NCBI GenBank assembly: GCA_903873415.1
Contig: CAIQOK010000019.1
Coordinates: 8,144 to 72,143 of the forward strand
DNA: 64,000 nt
Direction: 5' to 3'
Source: an uncultured Verrucomicrobiota bacterium
Lineage (GTDB): Bacteria; Verrucomicrobiota; Verrucomicrobiia; Limisphaerales; CAIQOK01
The notes beneath the pieces were generated by a model. It did no database searches and was not told the origin of the DNA. It was given only the letters and a program-made list of their open reading frames with translations. The position numbers and the translations under genes were made by a program. Below are positions 33,813-42,538 of this stretch, piece by piece (within the stretch, counting starts at the first letter, position 1; every line of letters begins with the position of its first letter).

Positions 33813-35939
33813 CTAAAAACGATATTGCAGGCTGGTGAAAATAACGTGCGCATCATAGCTGAATTGTTGTCCCGAGGCGGCATCCGAGTAGCGAGTGAAG
33901 GCGTATTTCAAATTCAGGCGCAGGTGTGAAGAGATCCGCCGGGTAAGTGAGCTCGTAAGGCTGTGTTCCTCCGCTCCGGCCCCGTAGGGGACTCCTTGGA
34001 CGATGATATTCTGGTAGTCATTGGCGCGGTAGTAAAAATAGCCCAGATTCAAATCGGTTTTGGCATCCAGGACGAACCCGGAGTTGAAGTTGGCCGTCCA
34101 ATAATTATTCCGTGCATTGAGAAGGGCCTGGGTGTGATCGGAGGCCGGTGTTTGGGTGGCACTTAAAACGAAATTCAACCCGGCCTGCAGGCTTAGCCAG
34201 CTCAACGGCGTCCAGCTTGCATTCTGCCCGAGAACATGACTGCGCATCCTCGAAGCCTCCACGCCATCAAGACCGGACGCGGGATCGGGACCGGTGCGGA
34301 TGTCGGAAATCTGGTATTCATAACGGGTTACCAGCGTGATTTTTGCGGCTGGCCGCAGCGTGAGCCGCACGTTGCCGTCCTCTGTTTCAAACCCCTGATA
34401 AATCAGGAACCCCGGGTAGGCGTCACCACTGCTCAGATTGTTGGGTGTGCTGTCAAGCGGGTTGGTGTAATTGTAGCGGTTTGCTTTGTGATAGCCGCCG
34501 AAATCCACGCTGGCCTGCTTGACCGGATACCATCGCGCATTGACCGAGTATTTTTGGAAAAAAGTGGAGTCGTCGGTTTCGTTGAGCAGTGGAGCAGGCC
34601 CGATTCCGGCGATCTGGCTCAGACCTCCGCTTTGCCGCAGGCTGCCCTGGCTTTCGGTCCATTCGCCTCCGACACCAAACACCCAATTGGTGATGCCTGT
34701 GTAGCGCAAGTCCAGCCGCTCGCGCACCTGAAGTGAATTGCGCTCGCTCTGCGCAGTGAAAGGTTCCGGGGCGAACGCCCCCAGAGTGCCCATGCCGCCG
34801 CTGTGCGCATCCCAATCCTTCTGTTCAATGCGCAGCGAGGGTGTGACGCTCAAGAACGGGGTCGGTTGGGACAAAAGATTGAGGTTGCCCACATACTCGG
34901 TCTTGCGCGCGCCGCCGTTGAGGTTGTAGTAACCATACCCTAGGGCCGGATACCCGGGCAAATAGGCGACGTTGAAATCGTCCCCGTAAATCCGGCTGCC
35001 GGCCAAGTTGTCATCGAGGCTGGCGAACAAAAAAGCGGTGGAGAAAAAGAGGCCCGGCTTGAGCCACGTCTCACTGAACGCATGCACGCTTCCCGTATCC
35101 CAAGTGGTTTCCTGACGGTCGCTGGCCCGTTGCTGAACCGGTTCCCCGTGCCAGAACGTCACCCCCCGCGTGTCATTGACCGTTCCGATTTCCAGCCGCC
35201 CGACCGCCCCCACCTCGGTTTTCCTGACGCGCTGCGTCACGTCGATCTGGAAGATGTCGGTTTTTTCGTCGATCGTATAAAGCCCAGGAAACAGGGCGCG
35301 CGTGCCATCCGAGGTGTGGTCCGGCCCCCAGCTGGTTGAACTTTTTTCACCCTCGCGATAGCGGTGAGTGTATTTGAAAGTGACCTTCGGAAGGTTCTTT
35401 TTCGTCAACCCGGCCTCCAGAGATATCTGCCCGCGATCCAGTCCCGAGGCGGCTCCGGGCAACGCGTAGGCAAGTGCGTCGGTGGAGGAAAACCCGCCAA
35501 CCCCGGAATCCCAAGTCCGGAAATTCTCAAAATTAAAGCGCACAAACCCGTAATCCTCCCGCCTCAATCCCAGGCCAAACTTGTAGTCGTGGTTGTCCGC
35601 AACGGAACGCCCGTCCAAACTGAAGGTTGTGTTCTTGGCCACCTCGCGCTGGTAATGCAAGTCCTCAATGCCTCCGAATATTCCCGTGCTCAGACGCTGC
35701 CGCTGCTGAGCCTGACCGGCATAGCCACCGGTCAGCAGAACGCCGGAGGACAATTCAATCCAGTTGATGAACGTGTTGGTCCCGCCTTCGTATTGCTGCT
35801 CCGGGGAGACGGCGTCAAGCGCCCTGGCAATCGCGGAGCTAAGCATCAGGGCTGCACCGATACAGCGCGGGCCAAACGCCCTCCTGTTCGCATTCCCGCA
35901 AGGCGCCTTTTTCAAGATGGTTTGTTTTTTCATCGGCAT
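33813..35939 (-). CDS. MtrB/PioB-like outer-membrane beta-barrel porin
   Basis: 708 aa; signal peptide; alternating amphipathic strands throughout; C-terminal LQYRF beta-signal; directly downstream of the MtrA-like cytochrome. Confidence 0.8.
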   Translation of the reverse strand: MPMKKQTILKKAPCGNANRRAFGPRCIGAALMLSSAIARALDAVSPEQQYEGGTNTFINWIELSSGVLLTGGYAGQAQQRQRLSTGIFGGIEDLHYQREVAKNTTFSLDGRSVADNHDYKFGLGLRREDYGFVRFNFENFRTWDSGVGGFSSTDALAYALPGAASGLDRGQISLEAGLTKKNLPKVTFKYTHRYREGEKSSTSWGPDHTSDGTRALFPGLYTIDEKTDIFQIDVTQRVRKTEVGAVGRLEIGTVNDTRGVTFWHGEPVQQRASDRQETTWDTGSVHAFSETWLKPGLFFSTAFLFASLDDNLAGSRIYGDDFNVAYLPGYPALGYGYYNLNGGARKTEYVGNLNLLSQPTPFLSVTPSLRIEQKDWDAHSGGMGTLGAFAPEPFTAQSERNSLQVRERLDLRYTGITNWVFGVGGEWTESQGSLRQSGGLSQIAGIGPAPLLNETDDSTFFQKYSVNARWYPVKQASVDFGGYHKANRYNYTNPLDSTPNNLSSGDAYPGFLIYQGFETEDGNVRLTLRPAAKITLVTRYEYQISDIRTGPDPASGLDGVEASRMRSHVLGQNASWTPLSWLSLQAGLNFVLSATQTPASDHTQALLNARNNYWTANFNSGFVLDAKTDLNLGYFYYRANDYQNIIVQGVPYGAGAEEHSLTSSLTRRISSHLRLNLKYAFTRYSDAASGQQFSYDAHVIFTSLQYRF

Positions 35940-35951
35940 CCGGGTTTCGGT

Positions 35952-36779
35952 TTAAAACCTCAGGGAAGGATTGACGCGCGAGCCGTGCACCGCCTCGTGG
36001 CAGCCCGCGGTCCAGCAGGTGCCCTGCGGCAGGCGCAGGGTATGGTCCACGCCGCCGATCAAGAGGCTGCCGCTTTTAAACTGTTGGAAGTGGCATTTGA
36101 AACAAAGATTGGCGTCGCGCGCGGTCAACATCTTGGCGTTGATGCTGCCGTGGGGTGAATGGCAGGAAGTGCATCCTTCCCGCAGCGCTTCATGTTCGAA
36201 AACATAGGGCCCCTGCTGCGAAGGATGGCATTGCAAACAGTTTTCCTCCCGGGACAGCAGCGCGGTGCTTCCCCCGGCGTGGGCTATTCCCCTGTGCGGC
36301 GGGTGACACTGAACACAGCTCATACGCCCCTCGGGAACGGGATGATGATTGGGCAGGTTAAACTGTCCCCGGATATCCAGATGACACTCATAACAGACCG
36401 TCTCGACCGAGCGTGACGTGGTGAGCGCAAGCCTCGCCCCCTGCCCATTGGGTAGCGGCCGGCCGGAGGTGAAACTGTAAGGCGGCTTGGTTTCCCCCCC
36501 GGAATCGGAATGTATGCTGCCCGGGCCGTGACAAGATTCGCATCCGGCGCCTAGGCCGTTTTTACCCTCGGCAATCAGCCGCGCGTGATCGGCGGTCTTG
36601 AAGCTGCGGCTGATTTCCTCATGGCACTGCTCGCATTCCTTAGCCCCGATGTATTTCGCGCCGGGAACCTCCGGCAGCACCACAACGGCCCGGTGGGTCG
36701 TACGACAGGATATCGCAGCCGATAGCACGGCCGCCAGGCCCAGCAGCCACGAAAATCTGATGGTTTGATGAAGTGTCAT
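35952..36779 (-). CDS. MtrA/DmsE-family multiheme cytochrome c, 8 hemes, lipoprotein
   Basis: CEQCH, CESCH, CYECH, CVQCH, CLQCH, CTSCH, CFKCH and CWTAGCH; family linkers HHPVPEG, GPYVFEH, HSPHGS, VHGS; lipobox AISC. Confidence 0.9.
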   Translation of the reverse strand: MTLHQTIRFSWLLGLAAVLSAAISCRTTHRAVVVLPEVPGAKYIGAKECEQCHEEISRSFKTADHARLIAEGKNGLGAGCESCHGPGSIHSDSGGETKPPYSFTSGRPLPNGQGARLALTTSRSVETVCYECHLDIRGQFNLPNHHPVPEGRMSCVQCHPPHRGIAHAGGSTALLSREENCLQCHPSQQGPYVFEHEALREGCTSCHSPHGSINAKMLTARDANLCFKCHFQQFKSGSLLIGGVDHTLRLPQGTCWTAGCHEAVHGSRVNPSLRF

Positions 36780-36831
36780 GCCGGCTTTTTTGTTGTCTCT
36801 CGTTTCCCGTCTCTTTCCAGCCGCCCGGCTG

Positions 36832-38718
36832 TCAATACCCCAGCTCCTGCAGCACCCAGTCGTAGGCCGTATCAAGCAGCCTTAGGGCGAAGTAGGGGTT
36901 GTGAACGCCATGACTGCCGTCGTTGAGGACCAGGTAAAGATTGAAGCGCGCCTTCTTGATATTGTCCGGGATTATCGACTGCCCGGCCGCAGCCGGCCCA
37001 CTGAAGCGGACCCCGCGGGCCTGGGTCCAGCCGGCGATGCCCCCGCTGCTGTTGGTCTGCCAAACCAAGCCGCCGGGCGTGATGTATTCCCAGGGAACAA
37101 TTCCCGGGGCGCGCAACCGCTCCGCGGCCGTGGTGTCGCCCCACAAATCCAGCGCGTATTTCAGGTTGTAAACCCGATTGGATACGGCAGGCACCATGAC
37201 GTATTGCACCAAGAGCTCGGGCTCGAAATTGTGGCACTTTAGACACACCCCGTAATTGCTCATGCCCAGCTTGTGGCTGTGCAGCGCTTGGGCCGACTCG
37301 GGGTCCTGTTGCATGTGGCAGCTGACACATTGGTTGGTGAGATAAAACGCCCCGGAGAGCGAGTTGCCGGCGCTGGACGGCAGACCTGCGTGTGTGCCCG
37401 GATTAAAGTCCGCCGGTCCGCCGGCCAGCTCGCCCACCGAGCCCAGCATAAAATTATACTGCGCCGATCCATGCGGCGCGTGGTCGTCCAGATAATTCGT
37501 AACCACAATCCTGTTCGTGTAGACCACCGAGTTGATTCTTAAAACCACCTCGTTGGTTGCGGCGCTTCTCCAGCTTTCGCCCCGGTCGTTATGGCACTGC
37601 GCGCACAGGTTGATGTTGGCGTTGTATTTCGCGGCAAAACTGTCCGCCGCGGCCAGATGAAACGCGTTGGTCGAATAAACAGGATTCCTCAACTGGCCCG
37701 GAACCGAATTGGTCTGATGCGGATCGTGGCAAACAACGCAGGTGATGGGCACATTGTAGTCGTCCTTCAGGGTCACTGCGGGATTCTGCCCGGCAATCAA
37801 GGCCAGCCGCGCGGTGCCGGAGTGGCACCGGCCGCAAGTGCTGATATTATCCGGGTTTGCGGCCATGACCGCAGCCGCCTCCGGCACCACTGCCGCATGC
37901 CCGCTCGAGGACCATTCCTCATAGGTGGGCTGCCGGGCCCCGGTGTGGCACCCTCCGCAAACCTGCGCCGCGATGTCCACCCGCGGCCGTACCACGGGAT
38001 CCGTTTCGTTGGCGGCGTGATTGCCGGCCGGGCCATGACAGTTCTCGCACTGCACTCCGGCCAGGTTGGTGGTGTAGGAGAAAAAACCGCTCCGGTTCGT
38101 CAGGCTGAATCCGCTTGGCAACCCGTAACCCACGGTGTGGCAGGGCAGGCAACTGCTGTTGGTCTGGCCTCCGGCCCCCTTGAACGCTGGACTGAGAAAC
38201 GCCATAGCATGAGGCGTATTCGTTTCATAGCGGCACACTTTGAGGTGGCACGAGACGCAAACTTTCGCCCCGGCATATTGCGGAGCGGCGCAGGAAACCC
38301 GGAAAAAAGCATCGGGATAGAGGGCGGCCACGCGGACGCTACCTTGGTAATTCGTCGCTTTGCCCAGCGCCTCCCACGGAGCGGTCAAATGGTTGGACTT
38401 TTGATGGATCTGATAATACGCCGGGGGGCCTTCCCAGGTCAGCTGCATCGCGTTGCTCCCTTTAGTGATTCCGGTCATCACTGGCAACCCCGGCATTCCG
38501 CCCGGCTGAGTCACACTCAAATGCTGCACCGCCTGGCTTCGGGCCAGCCCCAGCCAGATCAATGCCGCAATGAACAGAGCCCTTGCCCTTCCGCCCTTCC
38601 TGCCGCCCGTGCCCTGGCCCCCAGCCACAACGCCCCCAAAGACGGGCGCCCTAAGACTGCCGGGCGCAATCCCCGGCCCGCCGCGCGGAAAAATCGCTCG
38701 TGCTGCGATCACGCTCAT
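36832..38718 (-). CDS. Exported 9-heme cytochrome c (candidate extracellular terminal cytochrome)
   Basis: CVSCH, CLPCH, CENCH, CGGCH, CGRCH, CVVCH, CAQCH, CVSCH, CLKCH; signal ending SQA; C-terminal ARFN..DGSHGVHNP; start uncertain. Confidence 0.88.
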   Translation of the reverse strand: MSVIAARAIFPRGGPGIAPGSLRAPVFGGVVAGGQGTGGRKGGRARALFIAALIWLGLARSQAVQHLSVTQPGGMPGLPVMTGITKGSNAMQLTWEGPPAYYQIHQKSNHLTAPWEALGKATNYQGSVRVAALYPDAFFRVSCAAPQYAGAKVCVSCHLKVCRYETNTPHAMAFLSPAFKGAGGQTNSSCLPCHTVGYGLPSGFSLTNRSGFFSYTTNLAGVQCENCHGPAGNHAANETDPVVRPRVDIAAQVCGGCHTGARQPTYEEWSSSGHAAVVPEAAAVMAANPDNISTCGRCHSGTARLALIAGQNPAVTLKDDYNVPITCVVCHDPHQTNSVPGQLRNPVYSTNAFHLAAADSFAAKYNANINLCAQCHNDRGESWRSAATNEVVLRINSVVYTNRIVVTNYLDDHAPHGSAQYNFMLGSVGELAGGPADFNPGTHAGLPSSAGNSLSGAFYLTNQCVSCHMQQDPESAQALHSHKLGMSNYGVCLKCHNFEPELLVQYVMVPAVSNRVYNLKYALDLWGDTTAAERLRAPGIVPWEYITPGGLVWQTNSSGGIAGWTQARGVRFSGPAAAGQSIIPDNIKKARFNLYLVLNDGSHGVHNPYFALRLLDTAYDWVLQELGY

Positions 38719-38820
38719 AATTTATAGGTCAGGCTGGCCTCACCTCTCTCCGTCGGGCTGGAAACCAGGCTTCCAAACGCCCAAGGCCGCCGGGATCCGG
38801 AAGGCTCCACAAAGCCCTTT

Positions 38821-38865
38821 AAAAAAAGCCCCGGACCACCGAAAAGTGTAACCAGCCGGCGGCTT
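38821..38865 (-). terminator. Intrinsic-terminator-like hairpin in the leader of the cytochrome operon
   Basis: Minus strand AAGCCGCCGG...CCGGGGC followed by T7, ~100 nt before ATG 38718. Confidence 0.4.
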
Positions 38866-39076
38866 AGAACTTCTCGGAAATTGCCGCACTCTCACCAACC
38901 TTTGTTTGACCGTAAACCGCTCAGATGCCATCCGGCCGCCGGGGTGTGTCATGGGTTTGCCAAGACCTCAAGCAAACCTCGATATCCCGGCACAAAAGCG
39001 GCATCGTCGGAACATTTCAAAAATTGACAGATGCCAGACAGGCCGCAGTATTTGGGGGGAAGTTAAAAACAACATT

Positions 39077-39994
39077 ATGACCAGAACCCCTCTTGAAAAA
39101 TGCGGGTCCGCCAGAAGCGCAACCAAAAACAAAGCACCCTCCGTGTTTGTGCCGTCGCTCTGTTTCCTGCTGGGCTTGGGTTTGGGCGCCTTCTGGTTTT
39201 ATCCGCACAAATCCGGACACCCCCCTGAAAACCAAACCATCCAAATTTCCGGGCAAACCCGCTCCGTTCTGCGGCACTTGGGCGCTCCTGTCGAAATCCG
39301 TTTGTTCTCGCTGCTCCCCGCACCAACGGCACCGGAATCACTCCAGGCCTACAGCCGGCGCGTGGCGGCCCTGCTGAATTTGATCGGAAAGGAAAGCGCA
39401 GGCCTTGTAAAAACCAGCGTGCTGGGCCAGCCGACCCATGCCGCCGCCGCCGCCGCCGAAGGATTGACGGCGTTCAATCTGGAGAAGGGCGAGCCCTGTT
39501 TTCTTGGTATGACGCTGGTTTGCGCGGACCGCAAAGAATCCTTTCCCCGGCTCCAACCGGCATGGGAGTCGGCTCTTGAATCGGATCTGGCCCGGGCGCT
39601 GGAGCGATTGTCGGCACAGCGCACCATTCCCTTGCCCGGACCGGCACTGGATCCGGATGAAGTTGCCAGCGGCACGCTTGCCATTGGGCGCCTGATCCCC
39701 AACTTCAAGGAAATACCCTTTGATGAGTGTGTTCGTGCTTTGCGCGAGGCAGCCGGCAGAGATTTGGCGGAAGCCGGAGCTGAGATGGAAAAACAGATCA
39801 GCAAGGCGCAGCGCGCGCTGCAAAACGCACAGGAGGCCGATTCCCAAGCCGGGCAACTGGAGGCCAGGAGCCGGCTTCAAAAAACCCAGTTGGAACAGGC
39901 CGACAAACTCAAGCAAATCACCGCCCGGCTTCAATCACGCATCACCGTGTTACGACAACTCAAGAGCCCCGCGCCGGCCCAGCTTCCCAATTGA
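39077..39994 (+). CDS. Membrane-anchored protein with GldG N-terminal-like domain and C-terminal coiled coil
   Basis: One TM helix; L..PVEIRLFS..P..L...GL..FN...FLG......E..P.L.P...LESDLARAL pattern; TTGACA at 39024. Confidence 0.6.
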   Translation: MTRTPLEKCGSARSATKNKAPSVFVPSLCFLLGLGLGAFWFYPHKSGHPPENQTIQISGQTRSVLRHLGAPVEIRLFSLLPAPTAPESLQAYSRRVAALLNLIGKESAGLVKTSVLGQPTHAAAAAAEGLTAFNLEKGEPCFLGMTLVCADRKESFPRLQPAWESALESDLARALERLSAQRTIPLPGPALDPDEVASGTLAIGRLIPNFKEIPFDECVRALREAAGRDLAEAGAEMEKQISKAQRALQNAQEADSQAGQLEARSRLQKTQLEQADKLKQITARLQSRITVLRQLKSPAPAQLPN

Positions 39995-40357
39995 TTCAGC
40001 TTCCCTCTTGAGTCCATGTCCGACCCGCGCACCCGCTGATGGATTCCGAGCCCCGGTTCAGACCTCCAGAGAGAAAGGTGCTTGTAAATCGCCCCTGTAG
40101 GACTGACTCTTCCGGAATGGGGAGTGGGGCTTATCGCCCCCGCCCTCAGACTTTATTCAAGCGCCGCTGGCACGGCCTGTTTCCAGATTGGTTTTGCCAC
40201 CGGGTTTGCAGTTTAACAAGTCCGGTGACTGATTGGAGAGAAAATGAGCCTGTTGATTTTGCCTGTGTTTGCATACACCTTAAATCCTCTACCCGCAGGA
40301 GCCTGTGCTGCGGCAGAGCATTAGAGATAAGCAGGATCAACAAGGCCGATAGGGGTT

Positions 40358-42016
40358 TCAGCCGTGTGTTTTCATCCGCTGCAAACAGTGCGTGAGATAG
40401 GGCAGGAGTTGCTTCTTCCGCGAGACCACATCACGCATCTCAAACACCCCGGGCTCCACCGCGGGATAGTCCACCCGCTCGACAAATTCCTTCGCCCCGG
40501 CCACCAGCAGGAGTGAGCACTGGCCCACCACATCGGTGACCATGAGGGCGGAGAATACATATTTGTGCTCGGAGCGGTAACGCTCGAGAGCGCACAAGAG
40601 CTCGTCCTTGCGCTGCCAGAACTGGGTGAACCCGAGTTCCTCGATCTGCGCCACGCTAAAGACCGCACGGTTTTCGCGATACTCTTTACAATCCGTGGTG
40701 ATAGCCTGCGGTGCCGGCTTGAGGGTGAGCAGCGAACCGGAGGCAAACAATTGGTCGGTGAACTCCCGGGCATTGATCTGAGCGATCTGCTCCAGTCTGG
40801 CGAGCACATCGGCATCCCGTGGCGTGGTCGTCGGGGATGTCAAATTCAGAGTGTCTGAAACCAACCCCGCCAAGAGTAAGCCGGCGATGGGCTTGGTCAT
40901 CTCCACGCCGTGGCGGAAAAAACAGTCCGCAACGATCGTGCTCGTGGACCCCACAGGCTCGTTACGAAACAAAATCGGCTGCTGGGTCGTCAGCGAGCCT
41001 ATCCGGTGATGGTCCAATATCTCCAGAATCTCCACCTCCTCGGCTCCCAGCACGGCCTGAGAAAGCTCGTTGTGATCCACGAGAATGAGCTTGCGGAGCA
41101 CGGGCTTGAGAAAGTCGGTTTTGGAAAGCACCCCCACCGTGCGCCCCTCCGCATCCGTCACCGGAAAGGCGGCAAAGCCCGAGGCGGTGGCTTCCGCCTT
41201 GACCTCGCTGAGCGGCGCATCCTCGCGCAAGGTAAGAAATTCCTGGTTGAGCATGTGGCGAATGGCCACCGCCGCACGGCAAAGGGACGAGGTTGTCGCA
41301 GTGTCATGGGGAGAGGCGATAAGGCTGACGCGGTTGCGCCGGGCCGCATCGAGGGTTTTTGTCTCCACATCCAACCCGCCGGTGACGATAAGCACCCGCA
41401 CCCCTTCGCGGATGGCCAGATTCTGAATGTCCCAGCGGTCTCCGACCACCACGGCAAGCTGGTTCCTGTCGTAGTTTTCCAAGCGCTGGGCAAAGGATTC
41501 CAACCCCATGGCCCCGATCATCAGGACAAGGTCTTCTTCACGATCCTCTTCGGGTCCGACCAGCAATTGGCCGCCAAGAGTGCGGGCCAGATTGGGCAGG
41601 GATGAAAGAACGCGGCGGGAGTCCATGAGTCGGTTTGTGACAGGGAAGAGAAACTTGCTCAGCTTGAAAAGTGACAGCAGCCCCAAGCAGCGTTGCTGGG
41701 CGTCCAGCACCGGAAGAATGCGCACATTATGCGAATCCATCAGCCCTAGCGCCTCGGCGGCAGTCGTCTCCGGTGTCACGCTCAGCACCTCGGTTTGCAT
41801 GACATCGCGCACCTTGGGTGAGACATCAGACACAAATCGGGGCGCAGGCACCCCGAACGTCTTTAGCACAAAATCAATCCGGTCATTGGTGTCGCCACAA
41901 CGCGCGGCCACTGCCCCGGGCATGCCGGTGAGTCGCTTGAATTCCGCATAGCAGATCGCCGAGCAGATCGCGTCCGTATCGGGATTCCGGTGGCCAATGA
42001 CCAATACTTCGCTCAT
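40358..42016 (-). CDS. ppaC: Family II Mn-dependent inorganic pyrophosphatase with CBS-DRTGG-CBS insert
   Basis: GHRNPDTDAI, VGDR, LVDHNE, ILDHH, VGSTST, SDTL, SRKKQ. Confidence 0.93.
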   Translation of the reverse strand: MSEVLVIGHRNPDTDAICSAICYAEFKRLTGMPGAVAARCGDTNDRIDFVLKTFGVPAPRFVSDVSPKVRDVMQTEVLSVTPETTAAEALGLMDSHNVRILPVLDAQQRCLGLLSLFKLSKFLFPVTNRLMDSRRVLSSLPNLARTLGGQLLVGPEEDREEDLVLMIGAMGLESFAQRLENYDRNQLAVVVGDRWDIQNLAIREGVRVLIVTGGLDVETKTLDAARRNRVSLIASPHDTATTSSLCRAAVAIRHMLNQEFLTLREDAPLSEVKAEATASGFAAFPVTDAEGRTVGVLSKTDFLKPVLRKLILVDHNELSQAVLGAEEVEILEILDHHRIGSLTTQQPILFRNEPVGSTSTIVADCFFRHGVEMTKPIAGLLLAGLVSDTLNLTSPTTTPRDADVLARLEQIAQINAREFTDQLFASGSLLTLKPAPQAITTDCKEYRENRAVFSVAQIEELGFTQFWQRKDELLCALERYRSEHKYVFSALMVTDVVGQCSLLLVAGAKEFVERVDYPAVEPGVFEMRDVVSRKKQLLPYLTHCLQRMKTHG

Positions 42017-42028
42017 GAATGTTCAGCC

Positions 42029-42057
42029 ATCCTAGTGAGGCGCAAGTCTGGTCGCAA
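42029..42057 (-). promoter_or_regulatory. Sigma70-type promoter of ppaC
   Basis: TTGCGA-17-TAGGAT, 12 nt before the ATG. Confidence 0.55.
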
Positions 42058-42538
42058 GAAAAAGGGTTCGCACGCGGCCTGAAAGGCCCATTGCGCCGCG
42101 CATAAAAGCGGGTTGTCACCTGTGCGTTTTCATTGTCACAGCGCCCTAATTGCCGGCGACCGGCCGCGGGGTGAAAATCACGCATGCCTTCGGCGGCCGT
42201 TCCGCGAAAAATAAAAACTGACAACGAACGGAGTGTGCACTGCTCAATACGCGATATAGCGACTGCCAGGTAGCGGCTTTTCCCCTGAAACTCGCGGGGC
42301 GTGGTCTTCAGACCGCTTGAACAGTCCTCCGTTTCACGGACGTAAAAAACATGCGGATAATGAGACGGCGCAGCCTGGCTTTTGTGCTGTTTTAAATTCC
42401 GAAACCACTCCAACTCACTCCACCACCGGTTTCGCAGATTTAGGCAGGATCGTTTCGATCTGCGCCATCCAGAAACAATTTTAGGCAATCATAAAAACCC
42501 GCGCCCCCCCCCTTGGACGGTAAAGGCCGGAACCGGGG

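Noticed and set aside
38950-38980. GGCAAACC on the minus strand, as in c-di-GMP-I/GEMM riboswitches
   Set aside because: The following GAAA loop and GACGCAAAGC elements are absent; it is one arm of a simple inverted repeat
42113-42139. TTGTCAC direct repeats as a Pho box near ppaC
   Set aside because: 20-bp period rather than 11/22, and orientation is opposite to ppaC
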